NCBI GenBank assembly: GCA_036830315.1
Contig: DAISOU010000001.1
Coordinates: 14,437 to 78,436 of the forward strand
DNA: 64,000 nucleotides
Origin: Bacillota bacterium
GTDB lineage: Bacteria; Bacillota_I; Bacilli_A; RFN20; CAG-288
Reading direction: 5' to 3'
Below are positions 21,045 to 31,212 of the stretch, one piece after another. Within the stretch, counting starts at the first letter, position 1; each line of letters begins with the position of its first letter. A program made the translations under genes and the position numbers. The notes below the pieces were generated by a model. The model was not told where the DNA came from, ran no database searches, and was given only the letters and a program-made list of their open reading frames with translations.

Positions 21045-21446
21045 TTACCAGACGTAGGCGAGCACTTCGCCGCCAACGTTGATCTTACGAGCATGCTTGT
21101 CAGTCATGATGCCGCTGGAAGTAGAGATGATAGCGATTCCTAAGCCATTTAAGACTCTGGGAAGCTTGTCGGCAGAGACAGTGACACGTAAACCCGGCTT
21201 GGATATTCTGCGGATACCGGTGATAACACGGTTGCCGCGTGAATCGTACTTCAGATTAAGAGTTAAAGTCTTGTAAGGCTTTCCCTCTTCCTGAGAAACG
21301 GCGAAATCGTTGATGAAACCCTCATTTTTGAGGATTTTGGCGATCTGTTCGTTGGTCTTGGAAGTCGGGAGAGCGACGGATTCGGATTTGCTGAGATTTG
21401 CGTTGCGGATGCGGGTGAGCATATCAGCGATGGTATCATTAACCAT
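21045..21446 (-). CDS. rpsH: 30S ribosomal protein S8
   Basis: [29 protein letters not shown]. Confidence 0.97.
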   Translation of the reverse strand: MVNDTIADMLTRIRNANLSKSESVALPTSKTNEQIAKILKNEGFINDFAVSQEEGKPYKTLTLNLKYDSRGNRVITGIRRISKPGLRVTVSADKLPRVLNGLGIAIISTSSGIMTDKHARKINVGGEVLAYVW

Positions 21447-21469
21447 AATTCTTTGTTCTCCTTTCTTCT

Positions 21470-21655
21470 TTACCAGCTAGACTTATGCATACCGGGGATT
21501 TCGCCCTTATATGCCATTTCACGAAGACAGATACGGCAGATGCCGAACTGTTTGATGATTCCGTGAACACGTCCACAGCGTGAGCAGCGGTTGTATTTCC
21601 TAGTGGAATACTTAGCCGGCTTAGCGCATTTGACGATCAATGCTTTTCTTGCCAT
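21470..21655 (-). CDS. rpsN: 30S ribosomal protein S14 type Z (Zn-binding)
   Basis: 61 aa; CSRC...CRIC. Confidence 0.97.
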   Translation of the reverse strand: MARKALIVKCAKPAKYSTRKYNRCSRCGRVHGIIKQFGICRICLREMAYKGEIPGMHKSSW

Positions 21656-21670
21656 CGATTAACTCCTCCT

Positions 21671-22282
21671 TTACTTAACAAAGGGCATTCCGAGCTTTGA
21701 AAGCAGGAAATATGCCTCTTTGTCTGTCGTGGCGGTCGTGACGATAATGACATCCATACCCTGGGTACGGCTGACCTTATCATACTGAATCTCGGGGAAG
21801 ATGAGCTGTTCCTTGATGCCGGTGGAATAGTTTCCACGTCCATCGAAGGAATCCTTACTGATACCTCTGAAGTCACGAACACGGGGAAGATCGATAGAGA
21901 CGAATTTATCGAGGAAATCATACATACGGATCTTTCTTAAGGTGACCTTGACGCCAACGGGGACTCCTTCACGGAGCTTGAAGTTAGCGATAGACTTCTT
22001 AGCACGAGTGACGATCGGATGCTGACCGGAGATGGTTTCCATTTCCTTGACAGCTTCTTCAACATTCTTCTCATTGCCGCCAGCCTCACCTAAACGCATA
22101 TTGAGGATGACTTTGACAAGCTTCGGACATTCCATGATGGACTTATATCCGAATTCTTTCATCATAGCCGGGGCTATTTCAGAAGTGTACTTCTCCTCAA
22201 GACGGGAGATGAACTTAGCTTTCTGGGCGCCTTGGTTGTGAGCTTTTTTGACGGAAACACCGTTTTTCTTTTCTTCAGCCAT
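21671..22282 (-). CDS. rplE: 50S ribosomal protein L5
   Basis: [24 protein letters not shown]. Confidence 0.97.
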   Translation of the reverse strand: MAEEKKNGVSVKKAHNQGAQKAKFISRLEEKYTSEIAPAMMKEFGYKSIMECPKLVKVILNMRLGEAGGNEKNVEEAVKEMETISGQHPIVTRAKKSIANFKLREGVPVGVKVTLRKIRMYDFLDKFVSIDLPRVRDFRGISKDSFDGRGNYSTGIKEQLIFPEIQYDKVSRTQGMDVIIVTTATTDKEAYFLLSKLGMPFVK

Positions 22283-22293
22283 TATATCTCTCC

Positions 22294-22602
22294 TTACTTG
22301 ATGGAAGTACCGCTCTTCTTAGCGAAGCGGACTTTCTTATCACCTTCCATCTTATATCCGACCTTAGTGGCTTTGCCGGTCTTGGGATCGACTAAAGCGA
22401 CTTTGGAGACATAGATAGGGCAGGTGATATCCTTGACTGAACCCTTAGGATCAGCCTGGGTAGGCTTAACATGCTTCTTCTTGACGTTGATGCCCTCAAC
22501 GACAACTTGGTTGTCCTTGGGGAGGGCTTTGATGACCTTGCCGGTCTTGCCCTTGAATTCACCGCTGATGACGATTACCTTATCGCCAGTTTTGATTTTC
22601 AT
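22294..22602 (-). CDS. rplX: 50S ribosomal protein L24
   Basis: [23 protein letters not shown]. Confidence 0.97.
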   Translation of the reverse strand: MKIKTGDKVIVISGEFKGKTGKVIKALPKDNQVVVEGINVKKKHVKPTQADPKGSVKDITCPIYVSKVALVDPKTGKATKVGYKMEGDKKVRFAKKSGTSIK

Positions 22603-22622
22603 TAATTCAATCCTCCTTGCGA

Positions 22623-22997
22623 TTAAAGAACCTCAGTAGCCAATGAGACGATCTTCATATACTTATCGCCCTTCTCACGAAGTTCACGGGCAACAGGTCC
22701 GAATACACGTGTACCCTTAGGTGAACCATCTTCGTTGATGAGGACCACAGCATTGTCATCGAAGCGGATGGTGGAACCATCCTTTCTCTGATAACCCTTC
22801 TTGACACGGACGATGACGCCTTTGACGACGTCAGACTTCTTGACCTTGCCGTTAGGAATAGCATCCTTGACAGCGCAGACGACGACATCTCCGACACCAG
22901 CGCTCTTTCTGAAGCTTCCGCCTAAGAGACGGAAGACACGGACGGAACGGGCTCCGGAATTATCGGCGACCACCAGGTTAGTTTCATTCTGAACCAT
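22623..22997 (-). CDS. rplN: 50S ribosomal protein L14
   Basis: [27 protein letters not shown]. Confidence 0.97.
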   Translation of the reverse strand: MVQNETNLVVADNSGARSVRVFRLLGGSFRKSAGVGDVVVCAVKDAIPNGKVKKSDVVKGVIVRVKKGYQRKDGSTIRFDDNAVVLINEDGSPKGTRVFGPVARELREKGDKYMKIVSLATEVL

Positions 22998-23000
22998 GGA

Positions 23001-23282
23001 TTACTCTCCCTTCTTCACGATAGAGACAAGACGGAAACGCTTATCGTGGGACAGAGGACGGCATTCCTCGAAGATAACGACATCGCCAGGCTTGGCGCTG
23101 TTGTTTCTGTCATCTACCTTGTACTTCTTACGAATAGAGACACGCTTCTTGTAGATAGGATGGGCTTTGTAGTTCTCAGTCTCGACAACGATGGTTTTCT
23201 CCATCTTGTTAGAGACGACAGTGCCCTGAAGGCGTCTTCTAGTAGTAGAGGTCTTATTGACCTGTTCATTTTCAGTAGCCAT
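23001..23282 (-). CDS. rpsQ: 30S ribosomal protein S17
   Basis: [23 protein letters not shown]. Confidence 0.97.
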   Translation of the reverse strand: MATENEQVNKTSTTRRRLQGTVVSNKMEKTIVVETENYKAHPIYKKRVSIRKKYKVDDRNNSAKPGDVVIFEECRPLSHDKRFRLVSIVKKGE

Positions 23283-23296
23283 TGTGACCTCCTCCT

Positions 23297-23512
23297 TTAC
23301 TTAGTCTCAGCTTTAGCAGCTGAAGCATTCTTACGTTCATTTTCGACAGTCAGACATCTTGCGATATCCTTGCGGCAGGAAGTGATCTTCGCACCGTTAT
23401 CGAGCTGACCGGCCTTAGCCTGGAAGCGGAGTGATAAGAGGGACTCTTTCAGTTCGTAGACCTTAGCGGAGAGGTCTTTATCAGATAATTTTCTTACATC
23501 TTCAATTGTCAT
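23297..23512 (-). CDS. rpmC: 50S ribosomal protein L29
   Basis: [10 protein letters not shown]...RKDIARCLT; position after rplP. Confidence 0.95.
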   Translation of the reverse strand: MTIEDVRKLSDKDLSAKVYELKESLLSLRFQAKAGQLDNGAKITSCRKDIARCLTVENERKNASAAKAETK

Positions 23513-23931
23513 AACTTGATCTCCTCGCCTTTCTTGACGACACGGCTGGTGACGGAGAGCTTGTAGCCGGCCTGATGGAGAGCTTCCATGGCATCAGCAG
23601 CTGCGACGCCGCCGATCTCGAACATGATAGCACCCTTCTCAATGACGGCATCCCAGGTCTCGATGGAGCCCTTGCCGTTACCCATACGGACTTCAGCAGG
23701 CTTCTTGGTGATTCCTAAGTAAGGGAATACACGGATATAAAGCTTACCGGTCTTCTTGGTGAAACGTGAGAGGACTACACGGGCTGACTCGATCTGACGG
23801 TTAGAGATATAGCCCGCCTCAGTGGCGATAAGACCATATTCTCCGAAGGCGACAGTGTTGCCACGGCTAGCGGCAGCTTTGGGCCAGATTAAGTGGCTTC
23901 TGCGCCACTTGGTTCTTTTAGGCTGTAACAT
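23509..23931 (-). CDS. rplP: 50S ribosomal protein L16
   Basis: [23 protein letters not shown]. Confidence 0.97.
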   Translation of the reverse strand: MLQPKRTKWRRSHLIWPKAAASRGNTVAFGEYGLIATEAGYISNRQIESARVVLSRFTKKTGKLYIRVFPYLGITKKPAEVRMGNGKGSIETWDAVIEKGAIMFEIGGVAAADAMEALHQAGYKLSVTSRVVKKGEEIKL

Positions 23932-23934
23932 TGG

Positions 23935-24750
23935 TTATTCTCCTTTCGTATCGGCAGTTTTGTTGTCGCTGTCTTTGCCAGGATTTGGAGTAGTGGCAGG
24001 AGCAGCAGGCTTATTGCCGAAGCTGTTAGGACGGAAAGGACGACGATTTCTATCTCCGAAACGACCACGGCCCATACGTCCTTCATCAGGACGACGTTCT
24101 CTTAATTCTTTATAGTTCTCAGGGAGAGCGATCCAGCACTTGACACCGATGACACCATAAGTTGTCTGGCAGTGAGTAAGAGCATAATCGACAGGCTGAC
24201 GGAGAGTATGAAGTGAGAGAACACCTTCACGGTATTCTTCATAACGGGCAATTTCGGCACCGCCGATACGGCCCTTGACCATGGTCTTGCAGCCCATAGC
24301 TCCGGCTCTCATGACTCTCTGAATGGCCTTCTTGCAGACCATACGGTAAGAGGCACGTTCCTGAAGCTGTTTGCTGATGTCCTTGGTGACTAAGACGGCA
24401 TCGAGGTCGGGATTCTTGATCTCGACGATGTTGATCTTGATATTGTCAGCGTTCTTCTTGAGGATCTTGACCAAAGTGGCCTTGATGCTCTTGATAGTAG
24501 CGGAATCAGTACCGATGACCAAGGAAGGCTGAGATACATATAAGGAAATAGTGATGTCCTTCTTGATTCTTTCAATATCGACGTGGCTGAGACCGGCACC
24601 GAGAGTGTCGAGCTTGGGCTCGAGGAACTTTCTGATGGCGATATCTTCCTTGAGATAGACCGAGTAGGTCTTCTTATCGGCATACCAATGACTGGACCAT
24701 TCGCGGTTGATACCTAAGCGAAGTCCATTTGGATTGACTTTCTGACCCAT
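23935..24750 (-). CDS. rpsC: 30S ribosomal protein S3 (C-terminally extended)
   Basis: MGQKVNPNGLRLGI, GRIGGAEIAR, TTYGVIGVKCWI. Confidence 0.97.
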   Translation of the reverse strand: MGQKVNPNGLRLGINREWSSHWYADKKTYSVYLKEDIAIRKFLEPKLDTLGAGLSHVDIERIKKDITISLYVSQPSLVIGTDSATIKSIKATLVKILKKNADNIKINIVEIKNPDLDAVLVTKDISKQLQERASYRMVCKKAIQRVMRAGAMGCKTMVKGRIGGAEIARYEEYREGVLSLHTLRQPVDYALTHCQTTYGVIGVKCWIALPENYKELRERRPDEGRMGRGRFGDRNRRPFRPNSFGNKPAAPATTPNPGKDSDNKTADTKGE

Positions 24751-24754
24751 GTTT

Positions 24755-25309
24755 TTACTTGGCCTCCCGATTCTTGACAGTAACGTAGATATTGCACCAT
24801 CTCTTGACTAATCCACTGGCAGAGCCCTTAGCTCTGGGAAGGATTCTCTTGAGTTTGGCAGCATCGCCGACTTCGATAGTGGCGATGAATAAGCTATCTT
24901 CATCCATATGGAAGTTGTTAATAGCATTAGCAGCTGCAGACTTGATAAGTTTTTCAACATCACGAGCGCAGAGCTTTTCGCAGTTTTCGAGGATAGCATA
25001 AGCGGTAGGAAGATCCTTGCCGCGGATTAAGTCGACAACTAAGCGGACCTTTCTAGGGGTGACGCCGTAATTGAGCAACTCAGCTTTGGCTTCAGTTCTA
25101 AGAGGTTTGTTTTCCTCTTTCTTCTCTTCAGCCTTCGTAGCTGTCTTCTTAGAAGCAGCGGCCTTTTTAGGAGCAGCGGCCTTCTTAGGAGCGGCAGCCT
25201 TCTTAGGGGCAGCAGCCTTCTTGGCAGCAGTCTTCTTAGCAGGAGCCTTTTTGGCAGGGGCAGCCGGAGCTACGACTTCTTCGGTTACTTTATTTTCATT
25301 TTCAGCCAT
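24755..25309 (-). CDS. rplV: 50S ribosomal protein L22 with Lys/Ala-rich N-terminal extension
   Basis: TPRKVRLVVDLIRG, SAAANA..N, PRAKG; preceded by about 70 aa of AAPKK repeats. Confidence 0.96.
   Translation of the reverse strand: MAENENKVTEEVVAPAAPAKKAPAKKTAAKKAAAPKKAAAPKKAAAPKKAAASKKTATKAEEKKEENKPLRTEAKAELLNYGVTPRKVRLVVDLIRGKDLPTAYAILENCEKLCARDVEKLIKSAAANAINNFHMDEDSLFIATIEVGDAAKLKRILPRAKGSASGLVKRWCNIYVTVKNREAK
25141..25270 (-). repeat. In-frame 18-bp tandem repeats encoding AAAPKK within rplV
   Basis: gcagcggcctttttagga / gcagcggccttcttagga / gcggcagccttcttaggg units; protein KKAAAPKKAAAPKKAAAPKKAAASKK. Confidence 0.85.
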
Positions 25310-25321
25310 TGTTCAGTCTCC

Positions 25322-25639
25322 TTACTTCTTGGCAGCACTAGGAGCTGCAGCCTTAGGGGCAGATTCGGTAGTGGTATCAGAACCGGATCTGTGATGTGTG
25401 AAGGTACGAGTGAAGACGAATTCGCCTAACTTATGACCGACCATATCCTCGGTTACATAGACCGGCACGAAGGCGCGGCCATTGTGAACGGAGATTGTAT
25501 GCTGGATGAATTCGGGGAAGATAGTGGAGCGACGGCTCCAGGTCTTGATAACTTCTTTCTTACCTGATTCGTTCTGTTCCTGAACTCTCTTCAGGAGTTT
25601 AGGATCGCAATACGGTCCTTTTTTAAGACTTCTTGACAT
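25322..25639 (-). CDS. rpsS: 30S ribosomal protein S19
   Basis: [28 protein letters not shown]. Confidence 0.97.
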   Translation of the reverse strand: MSRSLKKGPYCDPKLLKRVQEQNESGKKEVIKTWSRRSTIFPEFIQHTISVHNGRAFVPVYVTEDMVGHKLGEFVFTRTFTHHRSGSDTTTESAPKAAAPSAAKK

Positions 25640-25658
25640 TTGTCATTCTCCTCCTGGT

Positions 25659-26489
25659 TTACTTGCCGTTGCGACGTCTGACAATCAGACGGTTGCTTCT
25701 GGCTTTATCGGAACGGGTCTTAACACCCATGAGTCTTCTGCCCCAAGGTGATCTAGGAGCATCGTGGCCGACAGGGCACTTACCTTCACCACCACCATGC
25801 GGATGGTCGTTAGGGTTCATGGCAGCACCACGGACAGTAGGACGGACGCCTAACCAACGAGTCTTACCGGCCTTGCCCTTGTGAACAAGGTTGAAGTCTT
25901 CATTGCCGACAGTGCCGATTGTGGCTCTGCAGGTTAAGAGGAACTTTCTGACTTCGCCGGAGGCTAATCTTAAGATGGCGTATTTGCCTTCCTTACCTAA
26001 GATCTGAGCACCAGTTCCGGCAGAACGGCAGACTTGTCCGCCCTTGCCAGGTTCTAACTCGATGTTGTGAATCATGATACCTTCAGGGATAGCGTTGATT
26101 TCCATGCAGTTGCCATTGGCGATTTCGCCGACTTTGCCATCGGTGACTTTGGCGCCAACCACCAAGCCCTTAGGGCAGATGATATAACGCTTGACACCAT
26201 ACTGGTTGGCGATTAAGGCGATACGGCAGTTTCTGTTAGGATCATATTCGATAGCCTTGACGGTCGAAACTTCTTCACCGTTTCTCTTGAAGTCGATAAT
26301 ACGGTACTTTCTCTTGTTACCACCGCCGATGTGACGGCAGGTGATGTAGCCTTGGTTATTTCTTCCGCCGGTTTTGCTCAGCGTTTTAGTCAAAGCCTTT
26401 TCAGGAGCCTTATTAGTGAGATCATTGGTAGCTAAGGTGGTGAGATGTCTCATGCCCGGAGTAAGCGGGTTATATTGTTTGATTGCCAT
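25659..26489 (-). CDS. rplB: 50S ribosomal protein L2
   Basis: GGRNNQG, EYDPNR, AMNPNDHPHGGGEG. Confidence 0.97.
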   Translation of the reverse strand: MAIKQYNPLTPGMRHLTTLATNDLTNKAPEKALTKTLSKTGGRNNQGYITCRHIGGGNKRKYRIIDFKRNGEEVSTVKAIEYDPNRNCRIALIANQYGVKRYIICPKGLVVGAKVTDGKVGEIANGNCMEINAIPEGIMIHNIELEPGKGGQVCRSAGTGAQILGKEGKYAILRLASGEVRKFLLTCRATIGTVGNEDFNLVHKGKAGKTRWLGVRPTVRGAAMNPNDHPHGGGEGKCPVGHDAPRSPWGRRLMGVKTRSDKARSNRLIVRRRNGK

Positions 26490-26514
26490 ACTTTTCTCCT
26501 ATAATGTGCTTTCT

Positions 26515-27036
26515 TTACTTCTTTTCGCTATCTTCGGCCTTATCAGCCTTGGTAGCCTTAGTCTCTTCGGAGGCGATGGCATCAGTGATCTTTCCTAAAT
26601 CGAAGGAAGAATCGAATCTGACGATGGCCTTCTTGTAAGCGGCAAGAGTTCCGACATAACGGCCGACTCTCTTCTTCTTAGGAATTACGTGAACAGTGTT
26701 TACGCTCTTGACCTTAGCAGAGAAGATAGCCTGGACGGCTCTCTTGATTTCGGATTTGGTAGCCTTGGTATCGACAGCGAAGACAAGTGCGTTCTCTTCA
26801 GCCTGAAGACGACGTGTTTCTTCGGTGGCGATCATATGCTTGATGATGGAGAAGTCCTTGATGATAGCGGCACGGTATTTGAATTCGCCGGTAGCCTTGA
26901 CACCCTTCTCAGCTAATTTCTCAGCCTTGGTGGGTTCAGCCTTAGCGGCGGTCTTCTTAGCAGCCTTCTTGGCAGGAGCTTTCTTGCTCTCAGCTTCAGA
27001 AGCGACCTGTTCGGTCTTCTTTGTTTCTTCAGCCAT
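26515..27036 (-). CDS. rplW: 50S ribosomal protein L23 with N- and C-terminal extensions
   Basis: ATKSEIKRAVQAIF..KV.SVNT, YKKAIV; long Lys/Ala/Glu-rich ends. Confidence 0.94.
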   Translation of the reverse strand: MAEETKKTEQVASEAESKKAPAKKAAKKTAAKAEPTKAEKLAEKGVKATGEFKYRAAIIKDFSIIKHMIATEETRRLQAEENALVFAVDTKATKSEIKRAVQAIFSAKVKSVNTVHVIPKKKRVGRYVGTLAAYKKAIVRFDSSFDLGKITDAIASEETKATKADKAEDSEKK

Positions 27037-27698
27037 TACTTAGCTTCCTCCTCAGTTTCGTCCTCTTCAGTCGGGATGACACCCTTAGAGAGAATGAGCT
27101 TGTCGGCATTCAAGACATCATAGACGGAGCAGTTATCAGAGCCATAGACATGGACATTCTGAAGGTTGCTGGCGGCTAAGCTGAGGTTCTCATCGGCGTT
27201 GAGGGTAATGATGAGGGTTTTCTTGTCAGCCTTGAGGGCCTTAAGAACTTCGACGAGATCCTTGGTCTTGTGACTATCGAAGGGCTTGTCATCGATGACG
27301 ATGAGGTCCTTTTCCTTAACCTTGTCAGACATGACAGAAGAGAAGGCGATAGCATATTCTTTCTTATTCATCTTAAGCTTGAAGTTCTGATTGCCATCCG
27401 GTCCATGAACGACACCGCCATGTCTCCAAAGCGGAGAATTGGTAGTACCGGCACGAGCGCGGCCAGTTCCCTTCTGAGCATAAGGTTTGCGGTTGGAACC
27501 GTGAACGTTAGCTCTGTCGAGGGTGCAGGCAGTGGCGACACGGCGATTAGCCAAGTCGACTCTGACAGCTCTCTGAACGACGACTTCGTTGATGTCAGCA
27601 TTGAAGAGATAGCCAGGAAGAACGACTTCTCCGACCTTGGCGCCTTTATAGTCGACGACCGGCCAGGTGAGGTTCTTGTTTTCTTTTTCGTTAGCCAT
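27036..27698 (-). CDS. rplD: 50S ribosomal protein L4
   Basis: RKPYAQKGTGRARAG, PLWRHGGVVHGP. Confidence 0.97.
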   Translation of the reverse strand: MANEKENKNLTWPVVDYKGAKVGEVVLPGYLFNADINEVVVQRAVRVDLANRRVATACTLDRANVHGSNRKPYAQKGTGRARAGTTNSPLWRHGGVVHGPDGNQNFKLKMNKKEYAIAFSSVMSDKVKEKDLIVIDDKPFDSHKTKDLVEVLKALKADKKTLIITLNADENLSLAASNLQNVHVYGSDNCSVYDVLNADKLILSKGVIPTEEDETEEEAK

Positions 27699-27718
27699 AG
27701 TGTTTCTCCTTACCCGCT

Positions 27719-28519
27719 TTACTTGCTGGCGTTGCTGTGAGCCTTGTTAGAGACGGCGGTACGCTTCTTACCGGAGTTCTCTTCAGCCTTAACAGCAATC
27801 TTAGACAAAGCTTCAGCGTTCTTCTTTTCGATATCGGCAATAGATTCCTTGCCATAATCGACGATGTTGCCGATATTCATCGGCTTGCCCTTCTTGACAG
27901 CGGATCTGATTTTAATGATAGAGAGATCCGGTCCAGGGACAGAGCCCTTGATGACGAGGCAGTTCTTAGAAGGATCGACAGAGACAACGGCGAGATTAAG
28001 AACAGTTCTGGTCTTAGGTCTCCACTGTCCGCCCATCTTCTTGCCAGCGTGGACACGGTTGTTGCATCTTCCGTTGGTAGCTAAGGAACCGATCTGTCTG
28101 TGATAGCCGGAACCATGACCCTTAGGTCCGATGGTGGCATGGTATCTCTTGATGACGCCAGAGAATCCATGACCCTTGCTCATACCGGTGACATCGATGA
28201 TTTCACCAGCAGAGAAGATAGAACAATCAACGGCAGAACCTACTTCATGATTTCCATAGATTTCGTCGCCGTCTAATTCGCGGATAACATACTTGGGAGC
28301 AGTATTGGCTTTCTTGACGATGCCCTGCTCGCACTTGTTAGCGCGGCTGACCTTCTTGTCTTCATAACCAATCTGAAGGGCTTCATAACCGTCCTTAGCC
28401 TTGGTCTTCTTCTGAAGTACAACGTTGGGTAAGACCTCAACGACTGTTACCGGGTAGCTGATGCCATCTTCGTTGAAGACGGTGGTCATTCCGATTTTTC
28501 TTCCGATTATTGATTTCAT
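27719..28519 (-). CDS. rplC: 50S ribosomal protein L3 (C-terminally extended)
   Basis: GRKIGMT, DVTGMSKGHGFSG, IKGSVPG. Confidence 0.97.
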   Translation of the reverse strand: MKSIIGRKIGMTTVFNEDGISYPVTVVEVLPNVVLQKKTKAKDGYEALQIGYEDKKVSRANKCEQGIVKKANTAPKYVIRELDGDEIYGNHEVGSAVDCSIFSAGEIIDVTGMSKGHGFSGVIKRYHATIGPKGHGSGYHRQIGSLATNGRCNNRVHAGKKMGGQWRPKTRTVLNLAVVSVDPSKNCLVIKGSVPGPDLSIIKIRSAVKKGKPMNIGNIVDYGKESIADIEKKNAEALSKIAVKAEENSGKKRTAVSNKAHSNASK

Positions 28520-28539
28520 AATAAGATGTGGCCTCCTCC

Positions 28540-28851
28540 TTAGAGCTTAATCTCAACATCGACACCAGCGGGAAGATCGAGATTCTTGAGAACATCGATA
28601 GTCTGCTTTGTCGGGCGGTTGATGTCGATGAGTCTCTTGTGAGTTCTGATTTCGAACTGTTCACGAGAATCCTTATCGACGAACGGAGAACGTAAGATTG
28701 TGAAGATCTGCTTCTCAGTAGGTAGCGGAATAGGTCCGACTACTTGAGCGCCAGTCTTCTTGGCGGCTTCGACGATCTTGGCGACCGCCTGATCAAGGAC
28801 TGCGTGATCATAGCCCTTGAGACGAACACGAATTGTTTTGTTTTCTGCCAT
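28540..28851 (-). CDS. rpsJ: 30S ribosomal protein S10
   Basis: [25 protein letters not shown]; start reassigned to MAENK after AAGGAAGG. Confidence 0.97.
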   Translation of the reverse strand: MAENKTIRVRLKGYDHAVLDQAVAKIVEAAKKTGAQVVGPIPLPTEKQIFTILRSPFVDKDSREQFEIRTHKRLIDINRPTKQTIDVLKNLDLPAGVDVEIKL

Positions 28852-28984
28852 TGTGATGTGTTTCCTTCCTTGCTCACGATCTAGTGTGAGCATCCGTTCG
28901 GTATGAATTACCCGAAGCGTGACAACCTTTGTCGGCGTTTCGGCAACTTCACACGTCAATACGGGCTGAAATGGCATTCAGCGT
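28852..28984 (-). promoter_or_regulatory. Structured 5' leader of the S10 operon
   Basis: About 130-nt UTR with hairpins GCTGAA/TTCAGC, GACAA/TTGTC, TTCGG/CCGAA and TGCTCAC/GTGAGCA. Confidence 0.55.
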
Positions 28985-28989
28985 TTTAT

Positions 28990-29018
28990 AGTTTACTATT
29001 CCAAGGACCCTGTGTCAA
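28990..29018 (-). promoter_or_regulatory. Sigma-A promoter of the S10 operon
   Basis: TTGACA (29018-29013), 17 bp, TAAACT (28995-28990). Confidence 0.8.
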
Positions 29019-29116
29019 CGTTTTTTTTATTAATATTTTGAGCAATTTCAAAACGTATATATAAGGATATATAGTATCATTTGATATTGCAACCCTTAAT
29101 GGCGTTCCCAAACAGA

Positions 29117-29959
29117 TTATTTTTTCATTTTCCGTTCTTCTATTATCTTCATAACGTATTTATATCCGTCGCCGACTCCTCTGTTTATTGTTTTTTTGGT
29201 AAATTCAGTCTGACTGATGCCAAAATCAAGTTTCAGATACAGGCCTTTGTTTTCCTCGCTGAAAAAAAGGAATCGGTTATGGTCATTGGCAAGAATTTTC
29301 AGATTGAAAGAGTCCAAACCGACAAAATAGGTTTTCTTAAAGGAAGGGATGACATCAAAAGCGATGTCGAAATAATTCTTTTGATCAAAGGACGGGTTTT
29401 CTTTTCTGATCAGCTTCAGAAGTTCAAAAGGAACATTAGAGCTATAGCAGCTGTCCTTAAGGTAGAGAACACGGCCGTGACCGATAACACCTTCCGTCTG
29501 TTCGATTATCTGCTTTTTGATGGCAATATCATTCACCAGGTACTTTCTTATCAGGTAGGAGGAAGTAGAAGCAGCTATCACATTGTCGATTCTTCCTTTT
29601 CTCAAAATTATCCGTAACCCAGAATCTGGGAGTGTGGTCGGTATATAAACCTTGATTGGCAGGTCTTCGAGATTGCGGTAGCCTTTCAAAGAACATAACT
29701 CCAGACAGGCCTTGGCTAAAGGCCTGTTATCGACTTTGAAGAAACCCAGCCTGAAAAGTCCGAACCTTTTCTTCTTCTTATAGAAACATATGATTTCCCG
29801 GACGCTGTAGCCGGCTGACAGAAGGACGGCATTGACGGCTCCCATGCTGGAACCAGAAAAATAGGACGGTAAAACGCCGCATTCAGCAAAGGCTTTAATA
29901 GCGCCTAGCTGAGCAAAAGACTTTGCTCCGCCTCCGCCTAAGGCAAAACCATATTCCAT
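29117..29959 (-). CDS. Patatin-like phospholipase
   Basis: LGGGGAKS glycine loop, GSSMG nucleophile elbow, DSC in place of DGG. Confidence 0.8.
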   Translation of the reverse strand: MEYGFALGGGGAKSFAQLGAIKAFAECGVLPSYFSGSSMGAVNAVLLSAGYSVREIICFYKKKKRFGLFRLGFFKVDNRPLAKACLELCSLKGYRNLEDLPIKVYIPTTLPDSGLRIILRKGRIDNVIAASTSSYLIRKYLVNDIAIKKQIIEQTEGVIGHGRVLYLKDSCYSSNVPFELLKLIRKENPSFDQKNYFDIAFDVIPSFKKTYFVGLDSFNLKILANDHNRFLFFSEENKGLYLKLDFGISQTEFTKKTINRGVGDGYKYVMKIIEERKMKK

Positions 29960-30045
29960 GCCCTGTTTCTCTCTTTTATCTAAATTATAATCCCGTTTGA
30001 CATTTTGGTCTATGACCTAAGACATGATTGTATTAAAATCATCGT

Positions 30046-31158
30046 ATGAAAATATCATTAAATGAAAAAGACCAAAAAGAGATGCTCCGTCTATTCGAAC
30101 AGAAAGACAGGAACATTCAATGTTCTGATCTTTTAAACAAATACCTGACTGAGGGGTATACTTCAATAACATCGGATATCATCCGTGAGAAGGAAAAAGA
30201 AAACAGCGATGAAGAGGAGTGCTTTGAAGAAGCCTTCTTGGAATATCTGGATGTCGATCCAAACGATGATGAACTGAAAATGATGAGAAGACGAAATTCC
30301 TTTGGCAGCTGCAAGAGAATGGATTACCAGTCTTTTTCTGATAACCCTTATTCTAAGAGAATACAAATTCACGACTTCAGTTTCGGAAATTGGAGACTCA
30401 TAGACAACTACTTCGCTCCCTACGAAGGCTTCCTCTTTGACGATATCGAAGCTGACGAAACAAATTATTATTCAGAAAAATCACCTTTAGGCTTCTTCAA
30501 CAGAAAGTCACCTTATCTTACAGTCGAAGAAAACTCCCAGGTTTGGATGAGCATCACTCCTCATGAGATCAACACCATGAGAGAACCGATAAGAAAAGCC
30601 TGTGGAAAAGTAGTCACTTATGGTTTAGGTCTAGGGTATTTTGCCTATATGTGTTCACTGAAGAAAAGCGTAAGCAGAATAGATGTGATTGAAAAAGACA
30701 ATAAAGTAATCCGTCTTTTCAGGGAAATCATCCTGCCGCATTTCGAATACAGAGAAAAGATCAACATCATTCCTTTCGACGCCTTCAAATACGCAGAAAA
30801 AAAAGCCCCTCAGGAAAAATATGATTACTCTTTCTTCGATATCTATCATTCAACTGAAGAAGCACTTCCGCTCTACTTGAAGATGAAGGCGATGGAAAAA
30901 CTATCACCCAAAACCATTCATGACTACTGGATAGAAGACTCGATACTCTGTCTTTTGAGAAGATACGTCATCACACTCTTGGAAGAAAATCTTAACGGCT
31001 ATGACAAAGAAGATTATCAGTCAGTCGAAGAAGAAGATCGCCTCATCAACAGCATTTATAAAGCAATTGAGAATGAAGAATTCAAGTCTTTTGATGAAGT
31101 GATGGCCTTTTTATCAAAAGACAATATGAAAAAACTGGCCGAAAGAATCGTTTTGTAA
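30046..31158 (+). CDS. Spermidine-synthase-like SAM-dependent methyltransferase-fold protein
   Basis: VVTYGLGLGY motif I, VIEKD, DAFKY, FFDIY. Confidence 0.6.
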   Translation: MKISLNEKDQKEMLRLFEQKDRNIQCSDLLNKYLTEGYTSITSDIIREKEKENSDEEECFEEAFLEYLDVDPNDDELKMMRRRNSFGSCKRMDYQSFSDNPYSKRIQIHDFSFGNWRLIDNYFAPYEGFLFDDIEADETNYYSEKSPLGFFNRKSPYLTVEENSQVWMSITPHEINTMREPIRKACGKVVTYGLGLGYFAYMCSLKKSVSRIDVIEKDNKVIRLFREIILPHFEYREKINIIPFDAFKYAEKKAPQEKYDYSFFDIYHSTEEALPLYLKMKAMEKLSPKTIHDYWIEDSILCLLRRYVITLLEENLNGYDKEDYQSVEEEDRLINSIYKAIENEEFKSFDEVMAFLSKDNMKKLAERIVL

Positions 31159-31212
31159 CTTACTTTCACATATAAAAATTGTCTTTTGCAAATCTTGGCA
31201 ATTCAAAATTAA

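Noticed and set aside
13900-28700. Many overlapping alternative-frame and antisense ORFs across the ribosomal operon (e.g. 14776..15243, 27270..27740)
   Set aside because: Shadows of strongly codon-biased genes; no RBS or recognisable motifs
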